A stretch of DNA of 61,574 bases, filler included, from Choristocarpus tenellus KU-1152 (lineage: Eukaryota > Protista > Phaeophyceae): the NCBI GenBank assembly GCA_964200185.2. It is 13 parts of 13 records of this genome, joined end to end, with 100 filler letters (N's around TTAATTAATTAA, not from the genome) between each part and the next. Parts side by side here need not be neighbours in the genome. Positions count along the whole stretch, not along the records: positions 36,557 to 41,188 come from CAXNAD020013713.1; positions 41,289 to 46,967 come from CAXNAD020010032.1; positions 47,068 to 50,425 come from CAXNAD020020561.1; 10 more parts are not named here. One strand, given 5' to 3'. Positions within the stretch are counted from its first letter, which is position 1. The number at the start of each line of letters is the position of its first letter. The notes under the pieces were generated by a model. The model was not told the DNA's origin and searched no databases. It was given only the letters and a program-made list of their open reading frames with translations. This document shows positions 38,435 to 50,525 of the stretch, in pieces. Made by a program: the position numbers and the translations under genes.

Positions 38435-39190
38435 CTTTGTACTGATGATCCTACGCAGTTATGACAGTCCACCATATCAAACTTTGCACCCCTCCCAATC
38501 TATATGATACCTAAGCCTCGTTCAGACGGTTTATGACATGAGTCGTTTCTGAGCGAGAATTTACCTTCCAAAGGTTATGTTAGATTTAATTCCGAACTGA
38601 GGAAGTATTTATTTGTAGTTGTAATTTAGTTTTTATTTGAAAATATGATCTTTTTATATTGTTCTTCCATGTTTTTCTTCCACATTGATATCTCTTGATA
38701 CATTTTTTTCTTGTGTGAGAATCAATGAAGAATACTTCTATGAATGTTTAAAACTTTGTAGTGATGATCCTCCGTATGACAGTGCACTTTATCAAACTTT
38801 CCACCCTTCAAATCTATCATATGACAGGTAAGTGTTGTTCGCACTGTTTATGAGATGGGTCGTTTCCAGGTAAGAACTGCATTGAAAAAAGGTTGTGTTA
38901 GATTTAATACCGAACGGAGGAAGTATATATTTGTAGTTGTAATTTAGATCACTATCATAATATTATATTATTATACCCTCTAACATTTTCCTGATACAGT
39001 AGAGAAAAAATGATCTTCCATATTGTTCTTCCATACTTACATGTATTGATACATCCTATTTGACGTGGGTAAAGGACCAGTAATGACTACTTCTATCAAC
39101 GGTTAAACTTTGTACTGGTGATCCTCCACAATCATGACAGTTCACCTCCTACATCAACTTTATCGTGCCATAACTTTTGATAACAGGTAA
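38435..39190 (+). repeat. About 2.3 diverged tandem units (~320-350 bp); the two complete ones carry a mariner family-M3 terminus
   Basis: ACTTTGTA.TG.TGATCCT starts at ~38435, ~38753, ~39106; GTTAGATTTAAT.CCGAAC.GAGGAAG|TA is the reverse complement of the terminus at 42639. Confidence 0.7.
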
Positions 39191-40129
39191 TTGTTTCACG
39201 AAAATTAGTTTTTTGTAATCGCATCAGCATGCTTAACCTTATTTGATGGGTCTCGGTTGGTCAACTTGCAATAATCGTGAGAAATACAGAACTATACTTA
39301 AATCAAGTAGTCCGCGCGCAATGTTCGCGCGGGGGGTGCCATGCGGCACGCGCGAACCGCGCACGCAAGAAGAGGGCATCTTCACCCTGAGAACATGGGC
39401 GTTGTTGTCTCTCCATTCTCTTTCCGTTATTTCCCGTTTATGCGATGTTGTCTCCTGCTGGCTATGGGTCACTCATGGGGCCCAGGGCTCTGAACCAGAC
39501 AATCCATGCCAAGCCAAATGAGATATTCTGAAGGTGCAGGCATCCTGTGAGACTTAAATGTCTTGCACACCCTTTCCAATTTGGTGTACTCAATGCCTTT
39601 CTCGTTGAAATTATATCAGGTGGTAAGCAATACTCATCCTGAAGAACCTCTCCATAATTACTCTGTAGTGGTTTAAACAGTATTAAGCTGAGGTCCACCC
39701 ACGTACCGTTTGGTGGTGACTAATCTTGATTTTTTTAAAGGGTTTGCCCAATGAGTTACACGACAATGAGCATAATTAATCCCAGAACATTTCCAAGGTT
39801 GTGCCGAAAACATTCTGCTGAAATTTAACCTTACCAAAAACTTTCCGAAAAAAATCCTTTGCACCGGTGATAGCTTAGATCCATAGCTTTCATTCAATAT
39901 GCTGATCATTGTTTAACTCGTTGGGCAACCCTTGCAAAAAAATCAAGACTGGTCTCGTCCTAGAGGTGACTGCCAACACTGTAGTGTTATACTTATTTAT
40001 TTATTATTATGCCCTCTGACATTTGCAGATGTGTCAGGGGAAACCAATGAAAACTATTCACATGTCGTCAGTATAAACCCTAACGAAGTAAAATATGTCA
40101 CAAATGTGAGAAACACGAATTGTTATTTC

Positions 40130-41165
40130 ACTATCTATGTTGTACCACTGCCTTCCTGTGCCTCCAATCTACCTATTCCTGCACCCTAGGGTGAGGAGCG
40201 AGGGAGACATCCCAAGAATCCAACAAACCCCTCCTTGCCAATCTCCCTGGTGATTCCAGCTTAAAATGCATGACAGGTCTAGACAGTGCCACCTGCGTTG
40301 ACACTGAGACAATTTGACATAGGCGGGATTTGACCGCCCCTTTCCTGCCATAGCCTCTGGTTCCTCTCCCCCCCACCATGTGTGTAGCCAGCTCATCCAG
40401 GAATGTTCCACTTGCTTGCCAAGGCGCCCAAAATGTTCCACCGTGAAGGTGTTGAGGTTATAAATACGAGGGTCAAAAGAGCCCTCGTGGTGGGTATGCT
40501 TTCGTGCCTCGGCTGCAGCCATTGCTGGTGGATGAATGCGGAAGATGGGAGGTTGCCTGCACTTCCGCAAATATAACATCTAGCAGGAGGCCTTTGTCTC
40601 GGTAGGGGGCTGTTCCAGCGTTCGCAAGTGCCCCTGCATGGAAGACTAGATTCATGCGGAAATTCGTGTCTACTGTGAACGGGCTGCTGTTGTCCGTAGT
40701 GCAAGGGATGCCCATTCCATTGTATAGTTGGCTTAGCCATTTCACCATAGGTGTGTGCTGTCGCACCTGGCCTCCTGCCCTGGGGCAGATACAGGCATGT
40801 CTGGTGTCGATATTTTGCCTCCTGCACCCCACCACCGGGCACCTGTTTGACAGGGCCTCCTCCCTCCCGAGGGATCTGCTGGCTGTGAGCTTGAATTCTA
40901 GAGGGGATCTGGCATGCTGGTTCCAGGGGTTGCGTTGAGGTCCATGCATTTGCCCCTTGTCTACAATGGCTCTGGTGGCATGCTAGGGCTAAATAGGAGC
41001 TTTCCTTCCCCTGTTGTACTTCACTTGGTAGGCCGGCTAGTTGTGTCCGAAAGGAGTTGAAACGGATCCTGTTCAGGAGGCATGTGGTCTCATGTTGAGC
41101 CCTCCTTGTGATCCTGGAGTCATGAGTTGCCAGGATATAGACCTCCGGGGCAGGTGCTGGGGATG
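40130..41165 (-). mobile_element. 3' part of a REL-endonuclease (CRE-like) non-LTR retrotransposon, decayed
   Basis: Zn-knuckle-like DTRHACICPRAGGQVRQH, LLLDV, AAAEARKHTH...FTVEHFGRLGKQ, QIVSVSTQVALSRPVMHFKL (PD-(D/E)xK REL order); frameshifted. Confidence 0.8.
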
Positions 41166-41524
41166 TGACCCAAAGTATCTGTGGGTGGNNNNNNNNNNNN
41201 NNNNNNNNNNNNNNNNNNNNNNNNNNNNNNNNTTAATTAATTAANNNNNNNNNNNNNNNNNNNNNNNNNNNNNNNNNNNNNNNNNNNNGGGGTGTTCTGT
41301 GAACTAGATACAGACATCAACTCCAAAGCGGAGGTCAAGTTCGGGCAGGGTAGATACCTTCTAGTCCAACGGCACGGTACTGAAGTGGATGATAGAGGGG
41401 TGTTCTGTGAACTAGAATGTTAAGTATTGTGGAGTGGTGGGGTGGGGTGGAAAGTAGTGGAAAGCAGTTCAACAGGTGGAGGGTCGTAGAGTGTGGTGGA
41501 GGGAGATTAATGGATTCGTGGAAA

Positions 41525-41815
41525 TTGGTCACATTGGTTGGTGACTGGTAACTGGTGGCGAAGATTGGTCGCACTGGTTGGTCATTGGATATGTGAATTT
41601 GGCCGCATTGGTCGGTGATTGGAAATAGTTACGAAGATGGGTCGCACTTGTTGGTCACTGGATATGGGATATCGGCTGTGTTGGCTGGTGGCTGGAAATC
41701 AGTAGTGAAGATTGGTCCCACTGCTTGGTCACTGGACACGTGGAGTTGGTCGCATTGGTTGGTGACTGGAAATCAGTTACGAAGTTTGGTCGCAGTGGTT
41801 GGTCACAAGTGGTGT
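41525..41815 (+). repeat. Degenerate ~74-bp minisatellite, about 4 units
   Basis: Recurrent TTGGTCGCA(C/T)TGGTTGGT(G/C)ACTGG...GAAGATTGG. Confidence 0.8.
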
Positions 41816-42638
41816 TACAATGGTTGAGGAGGAGTGACCAAAGCTTACCTCTATTATTTGAACTACTCTGGAATATATCCTACATTACTGTAGTTCTTTG
41901 GAAGCATTACTTCCTTCCACCCAAGACATAATCTTCCACAATTTAAAATAAGGTTTCGGTTTAGTTGGCAATACTGTATGTATGACCTAGAAAACTTGTT
42001 GACAGTAATATATGTATATAATTATGCCTTCTTACTTTTTGCAGGTGAGTCGTCGGGAAAAAAGCCAAATCATTATTACAGCAACCCCTGAAAAAATACT
42101 TATTGTAAGTACAAAAGATACCCCTCTAAAGACTATTTATGACTTAAATACTGAGTATACTACAACACTCTCATAAAGGCTGGTTGCTTTAGTTTTATGT
42201 GTACACTGCTGCATTGATTGCCTCTCACCTACCATGCTCTACTAAGGTGAGTGAGGAGCTAGGGAAGGATCCGAAAAACCTGACAGGCTTATTATTCTTG
42301 GCCATCTGCCTGGTGCCTATAGCTTGAAAGAAATATGGAATCAATCTCCGTTGGAGTATACATTTATCGGAGGTAATCCAAGAAGGAAAGAGGGGGCTGA
42401 TTGCTTTTTCCCACGAGGAAACCTTGTTTAGTAGGCGATGAGATTTTGAAAAAAACATGTTTATATCCATACATTCACGAAATTGCAGTGTCATTCCTCC
42501 AAGTTCATATTATAAAGTTCCTACCTAGGAGGTAGTCCTCTTTGTCGCAGGCGATGGGTCTTAATGGTAGTTTTATAATCGCCATATCATGCTTGAAGTC
42601 CTAGATAATATATGGTGTGCTTCTTGACTAAATATCTA

Positions 42639-43530
42639 CTTCCTCCATTCGGAATTAAATGTTACATACCTTTTGTTGCGATGAAAGAGCAAGATCTCTT
42701 TTAACAATTCATTTCTTGTGTATGTTTTGCAGACGCTAAAAGGTTGCACACCAAAATCTTTTAAAAAATGAGGGTGCCTAAATCAACTGTTCCAACCCCG
42801 AAGCCCTCCAAAATTCCACTCAGGCATGATATTTCGCCCCATCCACCTGGGCATTCGAAGGGAGCTTGCCCGCCTTCTCAGCCTTTTCCTTGCTAAAGGT
42901 CGGGAATTCTAAAGGTGGGGAATTCTGAAAAAGTTGTCACCCTCGGACCTGACAACTTCACCGTAAACTGCGAAAAGTTTCTGCCAGACGTGCTCTAGTG
43001 TCTCCCGGGGATACACATCGAACGCCATTATGGCCTCCACCAGCTCCACTTTGTTGGTCACCTCTACGTCTTCCTTCCATTGCTGGATAGAATAAAAGAA
43101 ATTCCAATTCATTGACGTTGAGGTCAGGTGAGTTGACTAGCTGGACCTCTACGACAATGTCGTCCTCCGCTGCATCCTCGATTGCCCCCATGACCCTCCC
43201 CTTGGTGTTTGGCTTGCCCCGTCCTGCTGCACGAAGACGATGTGACCTTCTGGCTTCTGTATATGGGCCTTGATTGCCAGAATTACATCCTCAATCATAG
43301 GCTTCATATACCTTTCTCCATCCACCGTGGCTGGCACGAGCACCTTGGTGCCCTTTGGTCGGTGTTTACTAGAAGGCTGAGCAACCTTAGAGTCTATTAT
43401 TGCCCAGATCCTGATTTTCCCATCCAATCACACCCCATTGGAGACTTTCCTAGGGCTTGCACAGCTGATGGACACATCCACATATCAAACAGATGGGCAT
43501 TGTTTCCATTGTGCTTAGTACCCCAATACG
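42639..43530 (-). mobile_element. 3' half of a decayed Tc1/mariner element of plant-MLE type (family M3)
   Basis: TA|CTTCCTCCATTCGGAATTAAA terminus; DGKIRIW...SSKHRPKGT, VFVQQDGA, VNSPDLNVNE, FFYSIQQ...YPRETLEHVWQKLFAVYGEV...GDNFFRIPH. Confidence 0.9.
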
Positions 43531-45829
43531 CATTTTCCATGGAAGCTGCCGAAAAAATGATAACAAATCTTACTCAGAAACTCGTATGTTCTTATCCTCT
43601 TCGACAAAAGCCTGTTGGGCGTGCTTCTAGCATGTTTGACGTATACAAATATGGTTGAAGAGAAGGAAGCAAGAAATTATCTTACGAACGACATAATCTA
43701 TGTGAACGAAGTGAGACAGAGACGATAAACCATTCTTGTAGGTTAAACCTCTGAAGCAATGCCACCGTTTGTAATCCCTGTGGCTGAATGACCCTGAGAA
43801 TCCTTTTTTGTACCTGTGAATCTGCCCAGAAATCCTCTCTGCAAAGTAGGACCAGTGACAGGATTTAAAAACAACACCACACCACCGCACCCCAGGAGTG
43901 TACCAAAGAACAGGAACGATTTGGGGAACTTGCAATGATAATAATATTAATAGGAAGGGGGGGAAAGCCCCCCATAAACAGCATACCCCCCCCGCCGCGC
44001 GAATGTGTTACGTCGTGGGATATATATACATGTTAAAACCTTTTTAAGAGAAGGTGTGGATGGAATCAATATTATCTGTGATTTTATTCAATTCAATTCA
44101 ATTTTGTTTCTATTTTGTTGCTCCTGCAAATTGTAGTTTGTGTATAGCGCTTAACTATTGTGGTTCGCGTCCCAAATACAGAATAACGTCGGTTGTTAGT
44201 TGTTGTGGGTTGCTGTCACACAAATCAGGCCACAGTTTGTGTGTTCTCATCTCAAACACGACAGTTGTGTGCGGCATTTGTGAATATAGGAGAAGTCAAT
44301 GGATTATCTATCGATAACTACCGGCATGCTGGACCATGCCACGCAGGAAAGGCATTGTGCTGCAACACAAAGACACTTTATGATGCTTGTCATTACTTTT
44401 GCTTATGCATGGGCTGCTTGGCGTATGAATACAGAGGACAACGGACCCTAATTTGATCACATGTGAGCATGGATGTCAATGGGTGCACACAGCACTATTT
44501 TGTAATTAGTTTGCAAAGCAGCAAAGAAGGATAAGTGCACATATCCAAAACGATACCAGTGATGACACAGCACTCCATATATATATATATGTAGGATTAG
44601 TCATTGCTATTATCTCTGTCATGTATTTCACGTTCCTCTCTCGTACTAGTCCATACTGTGTCACTACAAAATGTCTACCGTATACAATATTTTTTTTGGT
44701 TTTGTGCATAGAAAGTGTCCACGGTACAGGAGTGCACAGTTTGGACCTGTTGTGGCATAGCACCGGTAAATGAGAGAAAGGACTGAAGACTCACTCTCCC
44801 ACACATCTGATAGTTGTGTACCTATCCCTATAATTGTAAAAAATGTGTGCGATAAATGACAATTTAGTCCACGGATGAAATGGCCTACAACAACCCCCTG
44901 CGTTGTTGATGATGCTGGATTCCCCCTATGCGCGCAGGAGAAAGTGAAAACACATTGGTCTGACACACTCCCTGATAACTGTGTCGTAGGATATGATTCA
45001 CTTACCACTCCAGTGTTGCATCAAACACAAGAAATTACACACATGTGAGGTTGAAATGGTAATGCAATGATTTCCCTTCTACATTTCTACTACTGTTGGG
45101 ATTACGCCACATCAAACCCCACAATACTGCGATCACCGCATTTTGTGTGGCCTAACTCTGATTACAAGATGTTTCCTCTCGTATATTGTACTTTGACATT
45201 TCATCTCCCAAGAGTGCTAAACCTTGCCAGTACTACACATAGCCTACCCTCAAAAAGTAAAAAAACAGGTAACAATAGTTCGTCACACAATATTGCAGAC
45301 CTCTAAACAACCTACAAAATATGCAAATATGTGTACACTAATGTAGCACAGTCAACACGCACACACAAGTAGTATATTCACACAGGGCACACAGACATAC
45401 ACACAAGAGAAGAATTATGTCTACCACCCTGTGTCACAGATACACACCCATGTCCACATACTAATTTCGTAATAGACATACCCACACCAATGTATAATTA
45501 CACACAACAAATGCACAAACACACTGGCATAAACAGAGGCGCAAACACATGTTTGTAGTTATAGATAATTACCTGCAACAAAGCATCATGTCCATACACA
45601 GTGATGACATAGATACATAAACAAAGTATACATAACCTCTGACCATGTACTGATTACATAACCGAAATGCATGTACACAGACGGACACCGACAAATACTG
45701 GCATCTACAGACATAAAACCACACCATTTTATTCACATACACAGTCACCCACTACAAGCACAGTGTGCCACAAATAGTCATGACACAGTTAAACACATGA
45801 TGGACACACACGGACACCATTTTTGTATA

Positions 45830-46967
45830 CTACCTATGTGCCATAAGTTTGTGCCATGAAACATCTGGGCTTGCTGGGCGAGAATGGTGCCGAATCGGAC
45901 AAATCGGGTTGAAGATCTCAGCTCTCAGAAACGGTGGGGGTCGAGGATCACCAGGTACAAACTCAAGGTGCTTCAAGTCGTCAAAGTACGAATCTTTTGA
46001 GGTGGTTTTGAGGCCAGAACTGGGCATGTCGAGGGTCAGAACGTCGGCATGGTAGCCCCCCCGTCAACCTCCCCGCGTAGGAAGGGTGCCCAAGTGTCCC
46101 AGGGTTGCGCTTGCAGTGCGACACACCCTTGTGATGATCCCTGGTGAGCATAAACTGCTGTAACATGTTAGACCGCCCTTGCAGCGGAGCTTAGAGTGTC
46201 CGAGCGTTACATGCGAGGGCTCTGGGAGGACATCGCCGATCAGCTCGCCCATGGCCACACGCTTGACCTAGGGGTGGCGGCACGTAGTGGGCGGCCTTCG
46301 GATCTCACGCCGACCAAGATGGTCGCAATAACTAGTATCAACTCCGATAATCGGTCATCCACAGTGCGTCAGGTCACAATGAAGATGGGTGCCAAGGGGC
46401 TGAATCATAGCACGAGCATCATAAACAGGTGGTTGGATGATATGGGGAACATGCCGAATTGTCGCTGGATCAAACCCAAGCTTAAATCGTGGGGAAAAGG
46501 TATGGAGAATGGACTTTGTTTGCGATCAAGTGGACCGGAAGCGTGGTGTGTACGCCTCCAAGGCAAACATGATCCATGTGAATGAAACCTGGTTTTAAGT
46601 GATGACTAATGGGGAAAGGGTTAGGGTATTTCTGTATGAGGATGATAGTGACCTTCCAGGGTCCCCTACTGTGCAGCACAAGAGTCATATCCCCCAAACC
46701 GTGATCATTGCAGCCAACGCCCGCTCAGATTCGGCTCACAGCTTTGATGGAAAGCTTGATGTTTGGCGTGTGTGTGCGCCAAAAACGGCAGACAGGACAA
46801 GCAAAAGCCGTAAAGAGGGGGGGTGTATGTGCAGGACTGTACTTTAGACCATTTGTGGTCCAGGAAGTGGTACACGGAGGAGTTACTGCTTGCAATCAAG
46901 CCCAAGATGCCTTGGTTGCAGGGGCAGCACGTTGTTGTTCAACAAGACCATGCCAACCCCCACACGG
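45830..46967 (+). mobile_element. Second copy of mariner family M2, truncated by the contig end
   Basis: TA|CTACCTATGTGCCATAAGTTTGTGCC; colinear with 22523-23690; ends in VVVQQDHANPHT. Confidence 0.93.
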
Positions 46968-47154
46968 NNNNNNNNNNNNNNNNNNNNNNNNNNNNNNNNN
47001 NNNNNNNNNNNTTAATTAATTAANNNNNNNNNNNNNNNNNNNNNNNNNNNNNNNNNNNNNNNNNNNNTTCAGTCCGGTGATTGTGATTGCCCCCTTGAGC
47101 AATAAAAATAACTTGGCACCTTTGACACTTTCACATTTAATATAATATATGCAA

Positions 47155-47320
47155 TTGGCAATGTCTAGACGTGTCATGCGTTTTAACCTAGTCACCAGGG
47201 AGATGGGCACGGAGGGGTTTATTAGATTCTTGGGATGCCTCCCTAGCTCCTCCCCCAGGGGTGCAGGAGTAGGTAGATTGGAGGCACAGGAAGGCAGTAG
47301 TACAACATTTATAGTGGTGA
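47155..47320 (+). mobile_element. 5'-truncated 3' end of the CRE-like LINE
   Basis: Reverse-complement match to ~40130-40290 (LAMSRRVMRF + GGTAGATTGGAGGCACAGGAAGGCAGT.GTACAAC); a weaker fragment near 7255-7330. Confidence 0.75.
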
Positions 47321-48580
47321 AGTAACAAATAGATCAGTGTTTTTCACATTTATGATATTTTATTTCCTTAGGGCTTATACTGACATGTGTATAGTTTTCA
47401 TTTGTTTTCCCCCTGACACATCTGAAAAATGTCAGAGGGATAATAATAATAAAATATATTTGATTAAATCTAGGACTTCAAGGTCATAATGGTGTTTATG
47501 AAACCGCCATCACGACATATTATTTGTAACAGAAGCTATGGGATCCTTATCTATGTATTTAGGTCAAATCCATTCTCTGACCTTGACGAGGATGCCTTGC
47601 AGAAAGCAATACTAAGTGGCAAACACTCTACTGGCCTCGCACGGCCTCTCGTATGTATGGTTGTGGTTATGTTTTGTCTCGATAAGATCTTGTGGGTGAT
47701 GGAAAGGATAGATGAGGAGCAAGAATAATTTTAGTAGTAGAATGCATCAGCTGCCTCCTTTCAGGTCTAGTCTAATGTATCAGGCTATATCCTGATGTAG
47801 GAGACTCAGGACTCGACCGTCAATAGAACGTTTTCAATACATGCCAACCTGTACCGTTGAGTACACTGGCAATCTCTTATGTACTTTTCTACTACTACTG
47901 GGTTATTTTCTGAACCACACTCCCACTCATAATTCTTAAGTCAAAGTATCCTATGGTTTAAAAGTCAACTGCAACAGATAGACTGATGACTGTTATGGGT
48001 CCTGGAGGGCATTTGTTATATCGTTTGCAGTTTATATTGCTCTACCGTTCCGGGCGCAAGATGAAGACCTTCACCGCTTTTTTTGACAACTCTATGCTAG
48101 ATGCAGGACAAGCGTGTGTCAAGAGAACTTGTGCTCTCTGAACTTCAAAAAAACTGGCGTACCAAGAGAGGTTTGAGAGTGGTTTCTGGTAGGCAAACCT
48201 TGCTACTCCAGACATATGGGAGCTGTTTAGTACGGAGAGACTTTTGAGTAGTCTGGTGCGCATCCACTTGGGGAAGCTGTCGGGAAGCAACAATGTCCAG
48301 AGGGGTGTAGCACCTTTTCTGTAGTCCATTTGGCAAAGAACTTGACAATATAGTCTGCAAAGCTCTCTTGAGTAAACACTGTTTAAATGTTCTCATGAGT
48401 TCACATTGCTGTGATGGTAACGGGATTATAGGGTGAATACCTGTGGTCTGTTCGTGGATAGTACTGCTCATACACTATAAACACTACCAGTGGAGTATAT
48501 AGGAAAGGTAGAGCCAGATATGTGTTTCCATATATTTCAGTTGAGCTCCACCCAACGTTCATGTATTGTAGGAGATGAAT

Positions 48581-48836
48581 GAGTCAAAGTATCTTAGAGG
48601 GTCGAGCCGTGTCCATTTCGGAACCAATATCCAATGTTGCGATTTTGATGTAATTTTGACTATCGTGTTGTTAGCAAGTGTCAATGTCCTTGTCCGTACA
48701 CTCCTTTTCGTAACGTATACATTTTACCTACTCCAAGATATTTCGGAGGTGGAAAATGCCATAAATATCCTGTGGGAAGTCAGTCCCCAAACGGACAAAC
48801 AGGGCAAAACTCGCACCCTCTAAGATACTTTCATTC
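48581..48836 (+). mobile_element. MITE family A copy 8
   Basis: GAGTCAAAGTATCTTAGAGGGT...CCCTCTAAGATACTTTCATTC. Confidence 0.93.
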
Positions 48837-48919
48837 AGATGTGATATTAGATTATCAGTTTGTGTATCACATATGGTACATATGATCCAGTGATAGTATT
48901 CTTTACTGATTATCCATGT

Positions 48920-49177
48920 GAGTGAAAGTATCTTGGAGGGTACGAGTTTTGCCCTGTTTGTCCGTTTGGGGCTTGACTTCCCACGGGGTTTTTAATGACA
49001 TTTCCTACTCCGAAATGTTTTGGAATAGTTAAAATGCATACGTTATGAAAAGATGTGTCCAGAACAAGGATAATGAAACTTGCTAACAAAGACAAAACCC
49101 AAAATTACATCAAAATCGCAACATTGGATTTTGACCCCCATTTAGACGCGGTTGTACCCTCTAAGATACTTTGACTC
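48920..49177 (-). mobile_element. MITE family A copy 9, flanked by ATGT/ATGT
   Basis: ATGT|GAGTGAAAGTATC...AAGATACTTTGACTC|ATGT. Confidence 0.94.
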
Positions 49178-49654
49178 ATGTGGACGTTGCAAATCCCACA
49201 TGGTAGTCTACACCTGTCTCACCCCACAAGTTCAGTCAGTGGAATTGAGACCACAATCCCCTTGTAACACTAAAATTATATATTCACACCAAGTTCCTTA
49301 TTGTCCTCTATACCGTGGCACACGATTGATGATCTTAACCGCGGGTCCAGTGTGGAATACTTCAAAACATGGCCTCCCTTCCTTAAAGTCTTATGTTCTC
49401 TCATATCTATCTTGAAGGTAGAACCACTGGGCTTCAGGGTTGTCAAGGAGGTCGCCCTGGCACCACTCTGAGCACTCATGCATGCCATAAGGGTTGTTAT
49501 GAGAGGGAATGGCATACCCTTTGAGCATTGGGAATGAGGATCTCCCCTAAGCAGATCCTTGCCCAAAGCACGCTTACACAGCAGGGGGAGCTGGATAACA
49601 TATCTTCTTGAGCAATTTTTACACTGTGATAGAGGACAATGGGAGCAAACGTGT

Positions 49655-49913
49655 GAGTGAAAGCATCTTAGAGGGTACGAGGTTTGCCCTGTTTGTCCGT
49701 TTGGGGCTTGATTTCCCACGTGCTTTTTATGTCATTTTACCTCTTCCGACATGTTTCGGAGTAGGTAAAATATGTACGCTATGAAAGGCGTATCCAGAAC
49801 AAGGGATACTGACACTTCCTAACAAACACAATAGCCAAAATTACATCAAAATCGCAACATTGGATTTTGGCCCCCAAACGGACGCGGCTCTATCCTCTAA
49901 GATACTTTGACTC
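49655..49913 (-). mobile_element. MITE family A copy 10
   Basis: GAGTGAAAGCATCTTAGAGGGTA...CCTCTAAGATACTTTGACTC. Confidence 0.94.
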
Positions 49914-50525
49914 TACATACATACATACATACGTCTTCAATTTTTAGTTATTAATATTTATTCGAGTGTTATGTGGTTTAGTACAGGTAAGGGATTGATA
50001 GGTCGCATCCACAAAAAAAAACTTACCAAGTCCACAAAGAAGAACGAACAGATGTTTCACTCTAGACATACATGAAAAGCTTGTACTTCGTGTATATTTT
50101 TGGTGTTAATGGCTGTTATTATCGTGTAATTCTGGCACGCTTAGTAGAAAGAAGGAAGCTTAGTCACAAAGGAGTTAATACGTTGAGGAGATCTCGTGAT
50201 CATCTTTCATGTTAGAGGCGGTACATATGTGCGTAGCGGCCAATCTTCATACCAGAGGCGGCGTCAACCTACCCCTTGACATTATTATTGGTAATAATGA
50301 AAAAAAGTATTAATGCAATGAACAGGACACAATAGATAACGGTGAGAGCTTCTAAATGCTACTAGCATCAGATATATTCTAATTTGAAAGCATACCTTTG
50401 CATCTATAATTCGTTTGTACATGGTNNNNNNNNNNNNNNNNNNNNNNNNNNNNNNNNNNNNNNNNNNNNTTAATTAATTAANNNNNNNNNNNNNNNNNNN
50501 NNNNNNNNNNNNNNNNNNNNNNNNN

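Noticed and set aside
47563-47650. Possible kinase-like exon SNPFSDLDEDALQKAILSG
   Set aside because: Plausible splice sites, but too short and no partner exons found.
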